DNA from: a virus
Lineage: Duplodnaviria > Caudoviricetes
Length of the DNA: 38,441 nt
Reading direction: 5' to 3' (one strand)
IMG/VR virus record: IMGVR_UViG_3300032277_000027
Location: 1-38,441 of that record
This document shows positions 1-6,842 of this stretch, one piece after another. The position numbers and the translations under genes were made by a program. The first letter of the stretch is position 1; each line of letters begins with the position of its first letter. The notes beneath the pieces were generated by a model. The model was given only the letters and a program-made list of their open reading frames with translations. It did not search any database and was not told where the DNA came from.

Positions 1-127
1 TCACCACGTTTAACCATTTCGGCAAACACTTGGCCCACTGATTTATAATAGCAATCAATTTCCCTCGCTATATCCTTTTGAGTGTATTCATCACTTAATG
101 ATTTAGATAATATCTGTTTTCTTACCT
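1..127. repeat. Terminal direct repeat, identical to 38315-38441 (circular assembly overlap)
   Basis: 127-bp exact match between the two ends. It lies inside an ORF that reads through the junction. Confidence 0.95.
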
Positions 128-145
128 TCTCTTTTATTGATAACG

Positions 146-340
146 TCATATCAGTCTATCCTGATTAGTAATATATAAATTCATATTCCCACGCTTTTCC
201 AAGTGAACTATTCCACCGTAAACCAGTTTATTTAGCCAGTACCTAGCCGCTTCATGCGTACAGCCTTCTTGCCTGGCAAAGTCTTTTATTCTGTACCAAG
301 TAAAGGGCATTAAATGCGTGTTTACAGTGTGAATATCCAT
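146..340 (-). CDS. Small winged-HTH-like protein
   Basis: IKDFARQEGCTHEAARYWLNKLVYGGIV resembles a wHTH. GAGG RBS upstream. Confidence 0.55.
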   Translation of the reverse strand: MDIHTVNTHLMPFTWYRIKDFARQEGCTHEAARYWLNKLVYGGIVHLEKRGNMNLYITNQDRLI

Positions 341-370
341 TATTATCCTCTGTGTTTTCTAATATAGTGT

Positions 371-832
371 TTATTTCAATAGCTCATGGTTTTCATATAT
401 GTTGCCGATTACTTCAAAACAACTAAAATAACCGTCTATAGCTACATCCTCTCTTATTAAGCAATCTAAAGAAGAAAACATAAGCTCTGAGCCGTACCCA
501 AAGCGACCTGAATCAAATTTAATAAAAGATATTTCATCAAGCCAGTTATCCCATATCATATGGACAATATCACCCTCATATATCTCTGCCCCGTTCTTGT
601 CCTTTAGTCCTGTAAACTCTTCCCTGATTAGACCTCCGATAGCTGTGTCTGGCTTTGGCATTGGCGGTTCTCCGTAATTTGTATGGCATATTAGATTGCC
701 AATATCACCTGACTCATCTAACTCACGAAGATCTAAATAATAATACCCATCATTTAATGATGTGTTAAATATCTCAAAAGCTATAATTTTTTTTGAGCTT
801 CTATCTCTGCATCTAAATTTAATCTCTCTCAT
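371..832 (-). CDS. YopX family phage protein
   Basis: MREIKFR N-terminus, FTGLKDKNGAEIYEGDIV and EVIGNIYENHELL motifs. Confidence 0.92.
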   Translation of the reverse strand: MREIKFRCRDRSSKKIIAFEIFNTSLNDGYYYLDLRELDESGDIGNLICHTNYGEPPMPKPDTAIGGLIREEFTGLKDKNGAEIYEGDIVHMIWDNWLDEISFIKFDSGRFGYGSELMFSSLDCLIREDVAIDGYFSCFEVIGNIYENHELLK

Positions 833-1029
833 CCTGCGCCCTCTATTAATGCCTTCTCTAAACTCTCAAATTCAAACGACTTACCGTCATTAATCAACAG
901 CCATATATCGTTTCTGTAAACTATCTCGACATCATCATTAAAAAACCTTAGTCTCCCTGCCTTATCATTAATCACAGCATAGTTAAGCGATAGGGCTGGA
1001 AGTACATATTTTAGTGAGTTGTCGTTCAT
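829..1029 (-). CDS. Hypothetical protein
   Basis: ORF with ATGA overlap to the YopX gene. Confidence 0.65.
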   Translation of the reverse strand: MNDNSLKYVLPALSLNYAVINDKAGRLRFFNDDVEIVYRNDIWLLINDGKSFEFESLEKALIEGAG

Positions 1030-1062
1030 GTATTTATATCCGTTTATGGGGCATATAACTTG

Positions 1063-1248
1063 TTAGCCGTCAAAATCAACATCACTAAATTTTTGCCTTA
1101 CTTCTGCTTCTGCGTACCAGCCTATTTTCATTTCTCGCTCACATTCTGGGCATTCCCACAATACATCGTCACAAGCATGGCTCGGCAAAACATCGCAATC
1201 TAATTCAGTATTTTTATTACAATACGGGCAATCTATATCCATTATCAT
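1063..1248 (-). CDS. Small zinc-ribbon protein inside a putative integron cassette
   Basis: CPYC...CPEC motifs and GAGG RBS. The stop codon lies within a CTAAC core site. Confidence 0.75.
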   Translation of the reverse strand: MIMDIDCPYCNKNTELDCDVLPSHACDDVLWECPECEREMKIGWYAEAEVRQKFSDVDFDG

Positions 1249-1258
1249 TCCTCAATTC

Positions 1259-1317
1259 AGCTAACAATTAAATCAAAGCGGACTCGCTCCTCTCACCGTT
1301 TATTAATGCCGTTATGT
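1259..1317 (+). mobile_element. attC-like (59-base element) recombination site
   Basis: AGCTAAC-AATTA-AAT[C]AAA[G]CGG...CCGTTTATT-AATGCC-GTTATGT: R''/L''/L'/R' layout with 5- and 6-nt spacers and a bulged C in L''. Confidence 0.7.
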
Positions 1318-1485
1318 GTCGTAAATCTCAGTCCAGCAGTAACTTGTTTGATTAGTCTCGTCCAATATGCACTTTAAATCCTCAATAGGCATAGAAATAC
1401 TGCTTGGCTCTTGATTTGTCTCAACGAAACAAGGCCGATGCTCTCCGCATCCATCACATTTATATTTTCTATTTTCCGTTTCCAT
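1312..1485 (-). CDS. Small Cys-rich hypothetical protein, 57 aa (METENRKYKCDGCGEHRPC...), absent from the ORF track
   Basis: Translated manually. GGGG RBS. The TAA stop sits in the ACATAAC end of the attC-like site. Confidence 0.65.
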   Translation of the reverse strand: METENRKYKCDGCGEHRPCFVETNQEPSSISMPIEDLKCILDETNQTSYCWTEIYDT

Positions 1486-1537
1486 TATTTAATCCCCTGA
1501 CTTTCATTATATTCGCTTTCTTTGCTAGGCCATTTAT

Positions 1538-1966
1538 TCATAGGTCAAACTCTGGTTTAGTCAGAATAGTATCTGTCTGTGCTGCGTAACTTTCTACGCC
1601 GCGCATATATTCAACCATCTGCTTATTATTAAAATCACTAGTAACCGCTATGAACGCCATAGATCTTAAAGCCTGCTCATACACTAGGTTGCTGATTAAT
1701 TCGTCGTATAGCTCTGCAAATTGCTCTGAATCCCTTATTGAGATAGGACAACCAAAGGTGAATTTGCAATAGTTAGTTATTTCGTCTATTGGATAACCAG
1801 TTTTCTTTGCTATCTCACCCAGCCACTTATGATATAGACGGTTAATCTGTATTGACCTGGTTGGGCTGTAGGGTCTTGCGTTAAATTCCCATTGACCTTT
1901 TGATAAATCTATCTTATCGGCCTTAATCATAAAATTAGCTATATCTTTTTTACTGGTGATTATCAT
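1538..1966 (-). CDS. ninB: NinB/Orf-family recombination protein
   Basis: TRSIQINRLYHKWLGEIAK and TSDFNNKQMVEYMRGVESYAA motifs typical of NinB. Confidence 0.8.
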   Translation of the reverse strand: MIITSKKDIANFMIKADKIDLSKGQWEFNARPYSPTRSIQINRLYHKWLGEIAKKTGYPIDEITNYCKFTFGCPISIRDSEQFAELYDELISNLVYEQALRSMAFIAVTSDFNNKQMVEYMRGVESYAAQTDTILTKPEFDL

Positions 1967-1968
1967 TA

Positions 1969-2226
1969 TTAGCTCTTAATAGATAATTCGTCTAATGCGG
2001 CGTTAGTGCCTTCAAATTCTGGTATTTCTTCAGGTTTTTTAGATACCTCTTTCAAGTATTCCCGCAAAACCTCGATAGATAATCTAGCTAATTCTGGTGA
2101 AATTGAAGCACCAGACCATTGATAGCCGTTTTGCATAGTTAATAATGATACCGTGTAGCCATTATCCAGAACACGAGCTTTAATATCGCCTTCACCTCTG
2201 ATTATTTCTAATATTTCTCTTTTCAT
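1969..2226 (-). CDS. Hypothetical protein
   Basis: ORF with AAGG RBS, immediately upstream of ninB. Confidence 0.7.
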   Translation of the reverse strand: MKREILEIIRGEGDIKARVLDNGYTVSLLTMQNGYQWSGASISPELARLSIEVLREYLKEVSKKPEEIPEFEGTNAALDELSIKS

Positions 2227-2328
2227 AATCTATTTACCTTTATTAATCTATAAGACGTATTTTATTAAATATAACTAGATAAAGATAATTGAAAGAATTG
2301 ATAGGGTATTAATAGAGCTTATGGCAAT

Positions 2329-2361
2329 AAAAAAAGGCCCCGAATATCTGTGGGCCTTTTT
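2329..2361. terminator. Bidirectional intrinsic terminator
   Basis: AAAAAGGCCC / GGGCCTTTTT inverted repeat with A and T tracts on both sides. Confidence 0.8.
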
Positions 2362-2530
2362 ATATCTTATATATGTTTAATCATAAATTATGAGTTTAAG
2401 TTAGTCCATGATAGAAGGCCCTCGTTCGTTTAATTAGTGTTTATTCACTTTGTGTGATTAAAACAGTATCAATATATCTACATAATATCTAATCAGTGTT
2501 TTCTATGGTTAATTAACTTAGTTAATGAGC

Positions 2531-2571
2531 AATAAAAAGCCACTAAACGGAATTACCCTGAATAGTGGCTT
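2531..2571 (-). terminator. Intrinsic terminator downstream of the replication genes
   Basis: AAGCCACTA (2537-2545) / TAGTGGCTT (2563-2571) stem followed by a U-tract on the minus strand. Confidence 0.75.
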
Positions 2572-2616
2572 AACAGATACCTGGAAGTATTTCTGTCGAG
2601 TGTTGAGTATATCACT

Positions 2617-3066
2617 TTATTTAAGCCCTAAGCTCTTTTTTATCTCATCCATTGATTTATCCCTTACCTTTTTCTGTGCTTTCAATATCGGCAAAGCCTT
2701 TGAGTTATCAATTACCTTGTAAGCTGCTGTTGAATGCTTCCAATCCTCCTTAATGCCTATACAGCACGTCTTAAACTCTGACAATGTTGGAGGCCAGTCA
2801 CTATCCCACTTATCTATCCCCTGCTTTAACTGCTCTCCTGTTAGCCCAGATAACCCATTAGACCACTCTTGAACAGCTCTATCTTGTATGCCTTCAAGTG
2901 GGGCCGTCCATTTAGCAAAGTATCTGGCTTGGAATACCTTGAAAAGCTCAGTTATCCAGTGAATGGGTAAACCCGTTTTCAGCAATGTCTTTGGCTGCGA
3001 TTTCATCGAGTTTGCTTGTGAATCTTTCAGCTTTAGATTGTTGATTGTTTCTGTTATTGGCTTCAT
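2617..3066 (-). CDS. Putative helicase loader (lambda P / G39P-like replication protein)
   Basis: Directly follows and overlaps the initiator. W...L.GLT.EQL..GI...WPPTLSEFK pattern. Confidence 0.65.
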   Translation of the reverse strand: MKPITETINNLKLKDSQANSMKSQPKTLLKTGLPIHWITELFKVFQARYFAKWTAPLEGIQDRAVQEWSNGLSGLTGEQLKQGIDKWDSDWPPTLSEFKTCCIGIKEDWKHSTAAYKVIDNSKALPILKAQKKVRDKSMDEIKKSLGLK

Positions 3067-3592
3067 TTTCTTTATTCCGGTTATTCCAAGTTCTTACAGC
3101 TGCTTTCCAGTCTTTCATTTTGTTACGGCCTACCATCCAACCATTAGACTCGTAATGACTCATCCATTGGTTAGGTGATACTGTATAACCCTTTTCTCTT
3201 ATGTAATCACATAACTGCTTAAATTCTGGGGGTTTAAATGCCTTTCTTTTACTATCACTCTTACTATCACTATCATTCTTACTCTTACTCTTACTCTCTG
3301 CTACGTTTGCTACCTTTTGCTTGCATTTGCTAGCATTTGCTACCTTTTGCTTGCCTCCCTTAGAACCAGCTATGGCCCGCCTTTCACATGTTTCTGTGTA
3401 TTTTTCATCATCACGTAAGAACTGATTTTTAAATGGAGTAAACACTAAATCAACAATTCTAGTTAAGCTATATTCTTCATTTAGTTGATACGATTTTATT
3501 GCTTTTAACAGTTGCCCTGCTTCTTCATCGCTTAAAGAATCTATTACAGATAAGCTGTCTTTATGAATAATAAATGATTTTCTATTTGACAT
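2948..3592 (-). CDS. Phage replication initiator (DUF6291-like N-terminus, O-like)
   Basis: KSFIIHKD..LSDEEAGQLLKAI N-terminus, low-complexity linker, FKPP...YESNGWMVGRNKMKDWKAAVRTW C-terminal domain, internal iterons. Confidence 0.85.
   Translation of the reverse strand: MSNRKSFIIHKDSLSVIDSLSDEEAGQLLKAIKSYQLNEEYSLTRIVDLVFTPFKNQFLRDDEKYTETCERRAIAGSKGGKQKVANASKCKQKVANVAESKSKSKNDSDSKSDSKRKAFKPPEFKQLCDYIREKGYTVSPNQWMSHYESNGWMVGRNKMKDWKAAVRTWNNRNKENEANNRNNQQSKAERFTSKLDEIAAKDIAENGFTHSLDN
3250..3354. repeat. Iteron-like repeats (probable origin of replication) within the initiator gene
   Basis: TTTGC ends at 3310, 3320, 3330, 3340 and 3350 (10-bp phasing). 19-bp direct repeat TTTGCTACCTTTTGCTTGC at 3306-3324 and 3336-3354. 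CTTACT/CTATCA hexamer repeats at 3250-3296. Confidence 0.75.
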
Positions 3593-3720
3593 AATGAGTC
3601 CAAAAAAAAGCCCTCTTTGGTGATAGCGTTTGAGCGAAGTAAATAGAAACTTCCACTATCCCGAAAAGGGCTTGTAAACTATTTAATGTATCAGCGGTGC
3701 TCAAATCCCGTTATCTGATA
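3593..3720 (-). promoter_or_regulatory. Structured leader/attenuator (c4/CI-like) upstream of the initiator
   Basis: Hairpin 1 loop TTTGAGC is complementary to the GCTCAAA bulge in a long terminator hairpin (AAGCCCT/AGGGCTT followed by a U run). Confidence 0.7.
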
Positions 3721-3725
3721 GGCTT

Positions 3726-3754
3726 ATTATACTTTAAATTTACAGATAGTTCAT
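3726..3754 (-). promoter_or_regulatory. Putative sigma70 promoter for the replication genes
   Basis: ATGAAC-17 bp-TATAAT on the minus strand. Confidence 0.6.
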
Positions 3755-3772
3755 TAAATTCATCGGTGTATA

Positions 3773-3991
3773 TCATGGCTTAACCTCTGGTGGTTCAGGT
3801 AGTGGCATCCAGTGAGTTACAGCTTCAGTTATGTAAAGCTTGCTCCCTGTATCAACTATCCAAACACCTAGATCAAGATAGGCTCTTAAGCAATGACCTT
3901 TTGAACCTGTTATTAACACAATTTCGCTTATGCCTTTGTTGTTAGTTAGCTTATTTGGCAGTCTATCTTTAACACTTATCCATTCACTCAT
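3773..3991 (-). CDS. DUF551 family protein
   Basis: MSEWISVKDRLP...VTHWMPLPEPP. Start revised to the ATG at 3991. Confidence 0.92.
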   Translation of the reverse strand: MSEWISVKDRLPNKLTNNKGISEIVLITGSKGHCLRAYLDLGVWIVDTGSKLYITEAVTHWMPLPEPPEVKP

Positions 3992-4190
3992 ATCTAAAAT
4001 ACCCGTAATGACCTGCAACAGTATCAAACCCATCAGCAGATCTATGTTTATAAGTTAGCTTTTGTTCTTTTCTGATTTGAGCTAAGGAGCAGCATAAAAT
4101 ATTAGCCTTGCCATAAAATGTGGCGTAGCAAATTTGATAACCGTCGAATGTAGCTGGCTTTCCGTTAATTGTGTGCATGTACTTACTCAT
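3984..4190 (-). CDS. Hypothetical protein
   Basis: ORF with GGAGG RBS, in an operon. Confidence 0.75.
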   Translation of the reverse strand: MSKYMHTINGKPATFDGYQICYATFYGKANILCCSLAQIRKEQKLTYKHRSADGFDTVAGHYGYFRYE

Positions 4191-4191
4191 A

Positions 4192-4374
4192 TCACCTCCA
4201 AAACACTCTATAAAGTTCTACAGCCTCATATACAGCTAAACATATAAGGGCTATAGCTATGAACCAGGCTATTAGATTATTCATCATTATAGCTATCTCT
4301 CTCTTCTGCCTCTCTATCCGTCCTTTCCTCGTATTCTTCCTCTGTCTCTTCTTCGTCAGGTACATCAGAATCAC
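4192..4374 (-). CDS. Small membrane protein (start uncertain)
   Basis: Basic N-terminus and one hydrophobic helix. Confidence 0.45.
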   Translation of the reverse strand: MILMYLTKKRQRKNTRKGRIERQKREIAIMMNNLIAWFIAIALICLAVYEAVELYRVFWR

Positions 4375-4410
4375 GGTTAATAGAGTTATAATCCATACTT
4401 ATATAGTTAC

Positions 4411-5175
4411 TCATTTTCTTGAATCCTCTTTATTAGAATCTGTATGGCAAAATATGCCGCATTCAAAATCTAGGTTTTTCATCGGTCTGCCAGTTGCATT
4501 AATAGGCAATTCATCTAAAAATAAACGCTTACCCTTAACCCTAACTAATCTCGCTCCTATTCTCCTACTTTGTTCTGCTCTCTCGTCAAAGATAACGGGG
4601 TGCATTTTCCTTACATGGTTCCAATAAGTAGGGCTTGTCGCCTTTACGCACCCGATGCAGTTAGCGTTTGGGTAGCCCATCTTATAAATGTTAGGAAATT
4701 CTATTCCTGCTTCAGTTAATATATTAAAACAATCACCCTTAGATAGACCATGCTCAATTAATACAGGTAAAGTGTTTATTCTTTCATGCTCTTGGAAGTT
4801 ACAAAATCGGCTCTCTTCTCCTTTTGTAAATCCTAATACATGCCAATCAATTTCGTTATCCATTTCAAACTGCTGCCTTGCTACCTTCTTTAATTCAATA
4901 GTGCAGGGCGCACCGTTAGGTGCTGACATAAATGAACGTTTATCCCAAACATCTACAGCAGAGCAAGAAGGGTATTTACTGTTTGTTGCTGTTTCAATCT
5001 TTACACCTAACCATTTTTCAACATCATGTAAAAACCTTATATTGTCTTTGTCCTCTTCTTTAACTGGATTGTTTACTATTCTTACATTGCAGTTATGGCT
5101 GTATTGTTCAATTGTCTTTTTAGATGCCACCGCACTGGCAGCACCACATGAGAACCAAACAACTATTGTTTTCAT
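4411..5175 (-). CDS. PAPS reductase family / adenine-nucleotide alpha-hydrolase domain protein
   Basis: VVWFSCGAASAV PP-loop-like start, APCTIELKK, LGFT..E..R, GYPNANCIGCVK and ECGIFC cysteine motifs. Confidence 0.8.
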   Translation of the reverse strand: MKTIVVWFSCGAASAVASKKTIEQYSHNCNVRIVNNPVKEEDKDNIRFLHDVEKWLGVKIETATNSKYPSCSAVDVWDKRSFMSAPNGAPCTIELKKVARQQFEMDNEIDWHVLGFTKGEESRFCNFQEHERINTLPVLIEHGLSKGDCFNILTEAGIEFPNIYKMGYPNANCIGCVKATSPTYWNHVRKMHPVIFDERAEQSRRIGARLVRVKGKRLFLDELPINATGRPMKNLDFECGIFCHTDSNKEDSRK

Positions 5176-5390
5176 TTAATCACCCATTCATTTTTGTTAA
5201 TATGATTAGACTCATACTGCCTGGCCATTCTTAAAAAGCCCGTATCGTCTCTAAACTGAAATACTGCGCCTGTACCATCTATAGCTTTCATATAGACCTC
5301 AGCATCATATTCCTTACCCTTAGTAATATCCCTTCCATCTGATTTAGGTATAACGGTTATTCTTTGTCCTATTTCCATAGTGTTCTCCAT
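5172..5390 (-). CDS. Hypothetical protein (first gene of the leftward early operon)
   Basis: ORF overlapping the start of the next gene. The start may be the ATG at 5378 after GGAG. Confidence 0.7.
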   Translation of the reverse strand: MENTMEIGQRITVIPKSDGRDITKGKEYDAEVYMKAIDGTGAVFQFRDDTGFLRMARQYESNHINKNEWVIK

Positions 5391-5519
5391 TAATTGAGTA
5401 TTAATGATAATGAAGTTAATCAGATATATCTAATGAGTAATCTTTATAGGGTATAAGGAGATTTGATTATGAATGTAATTGGAGAGTTATATACTAGTGG
5501 TTAACTATAGGAGAAAACA

Positions 5520-5792
5520 ATGTGCAACTGTAAATCAATGTGCTGGATACCTGATCAAATGACAGATAATGGTCGCTGGCCCATGCCAGATCATCACCCT
5601 ATTTGTGAAGACTTTAAGCAAAACAGATATATAAGGCTATTTGACGACGAAGGGAATAGCTTTATTGATTTTCCTGAAAAAATGTATGAATTTATGTCTA
5701 GCATGGAATTTAAAGAAGGGAATTTCAAACAGGAAGATGTTTATTTAACAACAGATCAATTCAATAAGCTTGACGAGCATACTGGATTTTAA
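5520..5792 (+). CDS. Hypothetical protein (first gene of the rightward early operon)
   Basis: AGGAG RBS, divergent from the gene ending at 5390. Confidence 0.8.
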   Translation: MCNCKSMCWIPDQMTDNGRWPMPDHHPICEDFKQNRYIRLFDDEGNSFIDFPEKMYEFMSSMEFKEGNFKQEDVYLTTDQFNKLDEHTGF

Positions 5793-5909
5793 AACATAAG
5801 CGAGCCTTGATTGACCCGCCCATGCAAGGAACATATTTCTATACACCTATTTAGCTAGGTTAAGTATAGCACTATACGCCTTATTTGACATTTATAATTA
5901 TAACACAAT

Positions 5910-6024
5910 AAAAAAGGATTGAACATTGCTGAACAATCCTTTAATATTTACTAATCTGTAACGCATTGGTAGTGCTTGCAGAGAATCAGTACATGTGATA
6001 CGTATTCTTGCTTCAACAGATTTT
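5910..6024 (-). ncRNA. Putative small RNA (three-way junction plus terminator)
   Basis: TAGACT-18 bp-TAAAAT promoter at 6059-6030, AATCTGT/ACAGATT closing stem, two internal hairpins, AAAGGATTG/CAATCCTTT terminator with U6. Confidence 0.6.
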
Positions 6025-6097
6025 CCCGTATTTTACATTACTTGTTCTCTTTAAGTCTACTGCGTTGCTAAATTTTAATTAATTTTGGAGTATTACT

Positions 6098-6283
6098 GTG
6101 GACGATTATAGAATTTTGCAATTCGGAGAAACAATCAAGCATGGGGATGAAATAGATTCTTGCCGTGATGGATGGAGAGACAATCAAAAATGGGAGCCTG
6201 CGCCTGAGCATATGATTGGCAAAAAGGCTTCTGACCCAGCATACCCATCACATAGCAAATATAGACGCAAGCTAACCAAGTAG
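6098..6283 (+). CDS. Hypothetical protein
   Basis: GGAG RBS and GTG start. YRILQFGETIKHGDE...YRRK resembles a small phage protein family. Confidence 0.75.
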   Translation: MDDYRILQFGETIKHGDEIDSCRDGWRDNQKWEPAPEHMIGKKASDPAYPSHSKYRRKLTK

Positions 6284-6301
6284 TTAGTTAATAACTAACT
6301 A
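6281..6301. repeat. 21-bp palindrome TAGTTAGTTA-A-TAACTAACTA; second copy at 6474-6494
   Basis: Perfect inverted repeat. A near-identical copy flanks the other end of ORF 6312..6476. Confidence 0.8.
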
Positions 6302-6311
6302 GGAGAATACT

Positions 6312-6476
6312 GTGGATTTAGACTTAAATATTTACATCAAAGATCATAGAGGGCGTCAGATAGTTCATTACACCTTTACAGATGAGGATTTACTTGAATG
6401 GGCAAAAGCTTATATCAAAGATCAATATATGGATACTGAGTGTGAATTGGTATCTGTTACCTTAGTAAAGCCGTAG
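6312..6476 (+). CDS. Hypothetical protein, 54 aa (MDLDLNIYIKDHRGRQIVHY...), absent from the ORF track
   Basis: AGGAG RBS, GTG start, TAG stop. Confidence 0.7.
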   Translation: MDLDLNIYIKDHRGRQIVHYTFTDEDLLEWAKAYIKDQYMDTECELVSVTLVKP

Positions 6477-6524
6477 CTAGTTATTAACTAACTGGTACAA
6501 CAAATAATTAATTGGAGATTTACT

Positions 6525-6842
6525 ATGACTAACGAATTAACCACAACACAAAAACTAAATAATCTTGTTGATGCACTTGCAGAAGACGCAGATGAAAGCC
6601 CGTTTACTCAGGAAGAGTGGGATAGGATTGATAAGGAAAATGTAAAGCTTACCTTTCAAAACAATGAATTACATAAAAAACTTGAATATATACTTGGTTT
6701 CGCGTCTGAAATATATGCAGTTGAGCTATTGCAATACCATAACAAAAATTGGCTACAAGATGGGACAGAGCCAGCAAGATTAAGTGAATCAATACAGGAA
6801 AAGTTAGAAATAATCATCAGTACCATTAAAAGAATTAAGTAA
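6525..6842 (+). CDS. Hypothetical protein
   Basis: GGAG RBS. Confidence 0.75.
   Translation: MTNELTTTQKLNNLVDALAEDADESPFTQEEWDRIDKENVKLTFQNNELHKKLEYILGFASEIYAVELLQYHNKNWLQDGTEPARLSESIQEKLEIIISTIKRIK

Noticed and set aside
1-127. 127-bp terminal repeat as a biological direct terminal repeat
   Set aside because: It interrupts a continuous ORF and its length equals a common assembler k-mer size, so it is best explained as a circularisation overlap.
2355-2385. dif-like XerC/D site (ATATGTTTAAT resembles the XerD arm; a similar partial match lies near 5883)
   Set aside because: There is no plausible XerC arm at 6-bp spacing, and such matches are expected in AT-rich DNA.
4259-5179. Plus-strand ORFs 4259..4627 and 4688..5179, and other antisense ORFs within the structural operon (17595, 18303, 18549, 20138, 23436, 23694, 28480, 29565, 31307, 32091, 33777, 35070)
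   Set aside because: They are shadow ORFs opposite well-supported genes, with no RBS or recognisable motifs.
5440-5456. Shared operator motif ATAGG(G)TAT near several promoters (about 2301, 5446, 7129, 35747)
   Set aside because: The motif is short, AT-rich and degenerate, so it cannot be distinguished from chance without motif statistics.
6281-6494. CRISPR-like array from the palindromic repeats
   Set aside because: There are only two copies, about 170 bp apart, flanking a gene, with no spacer periodicity and no cas genes.
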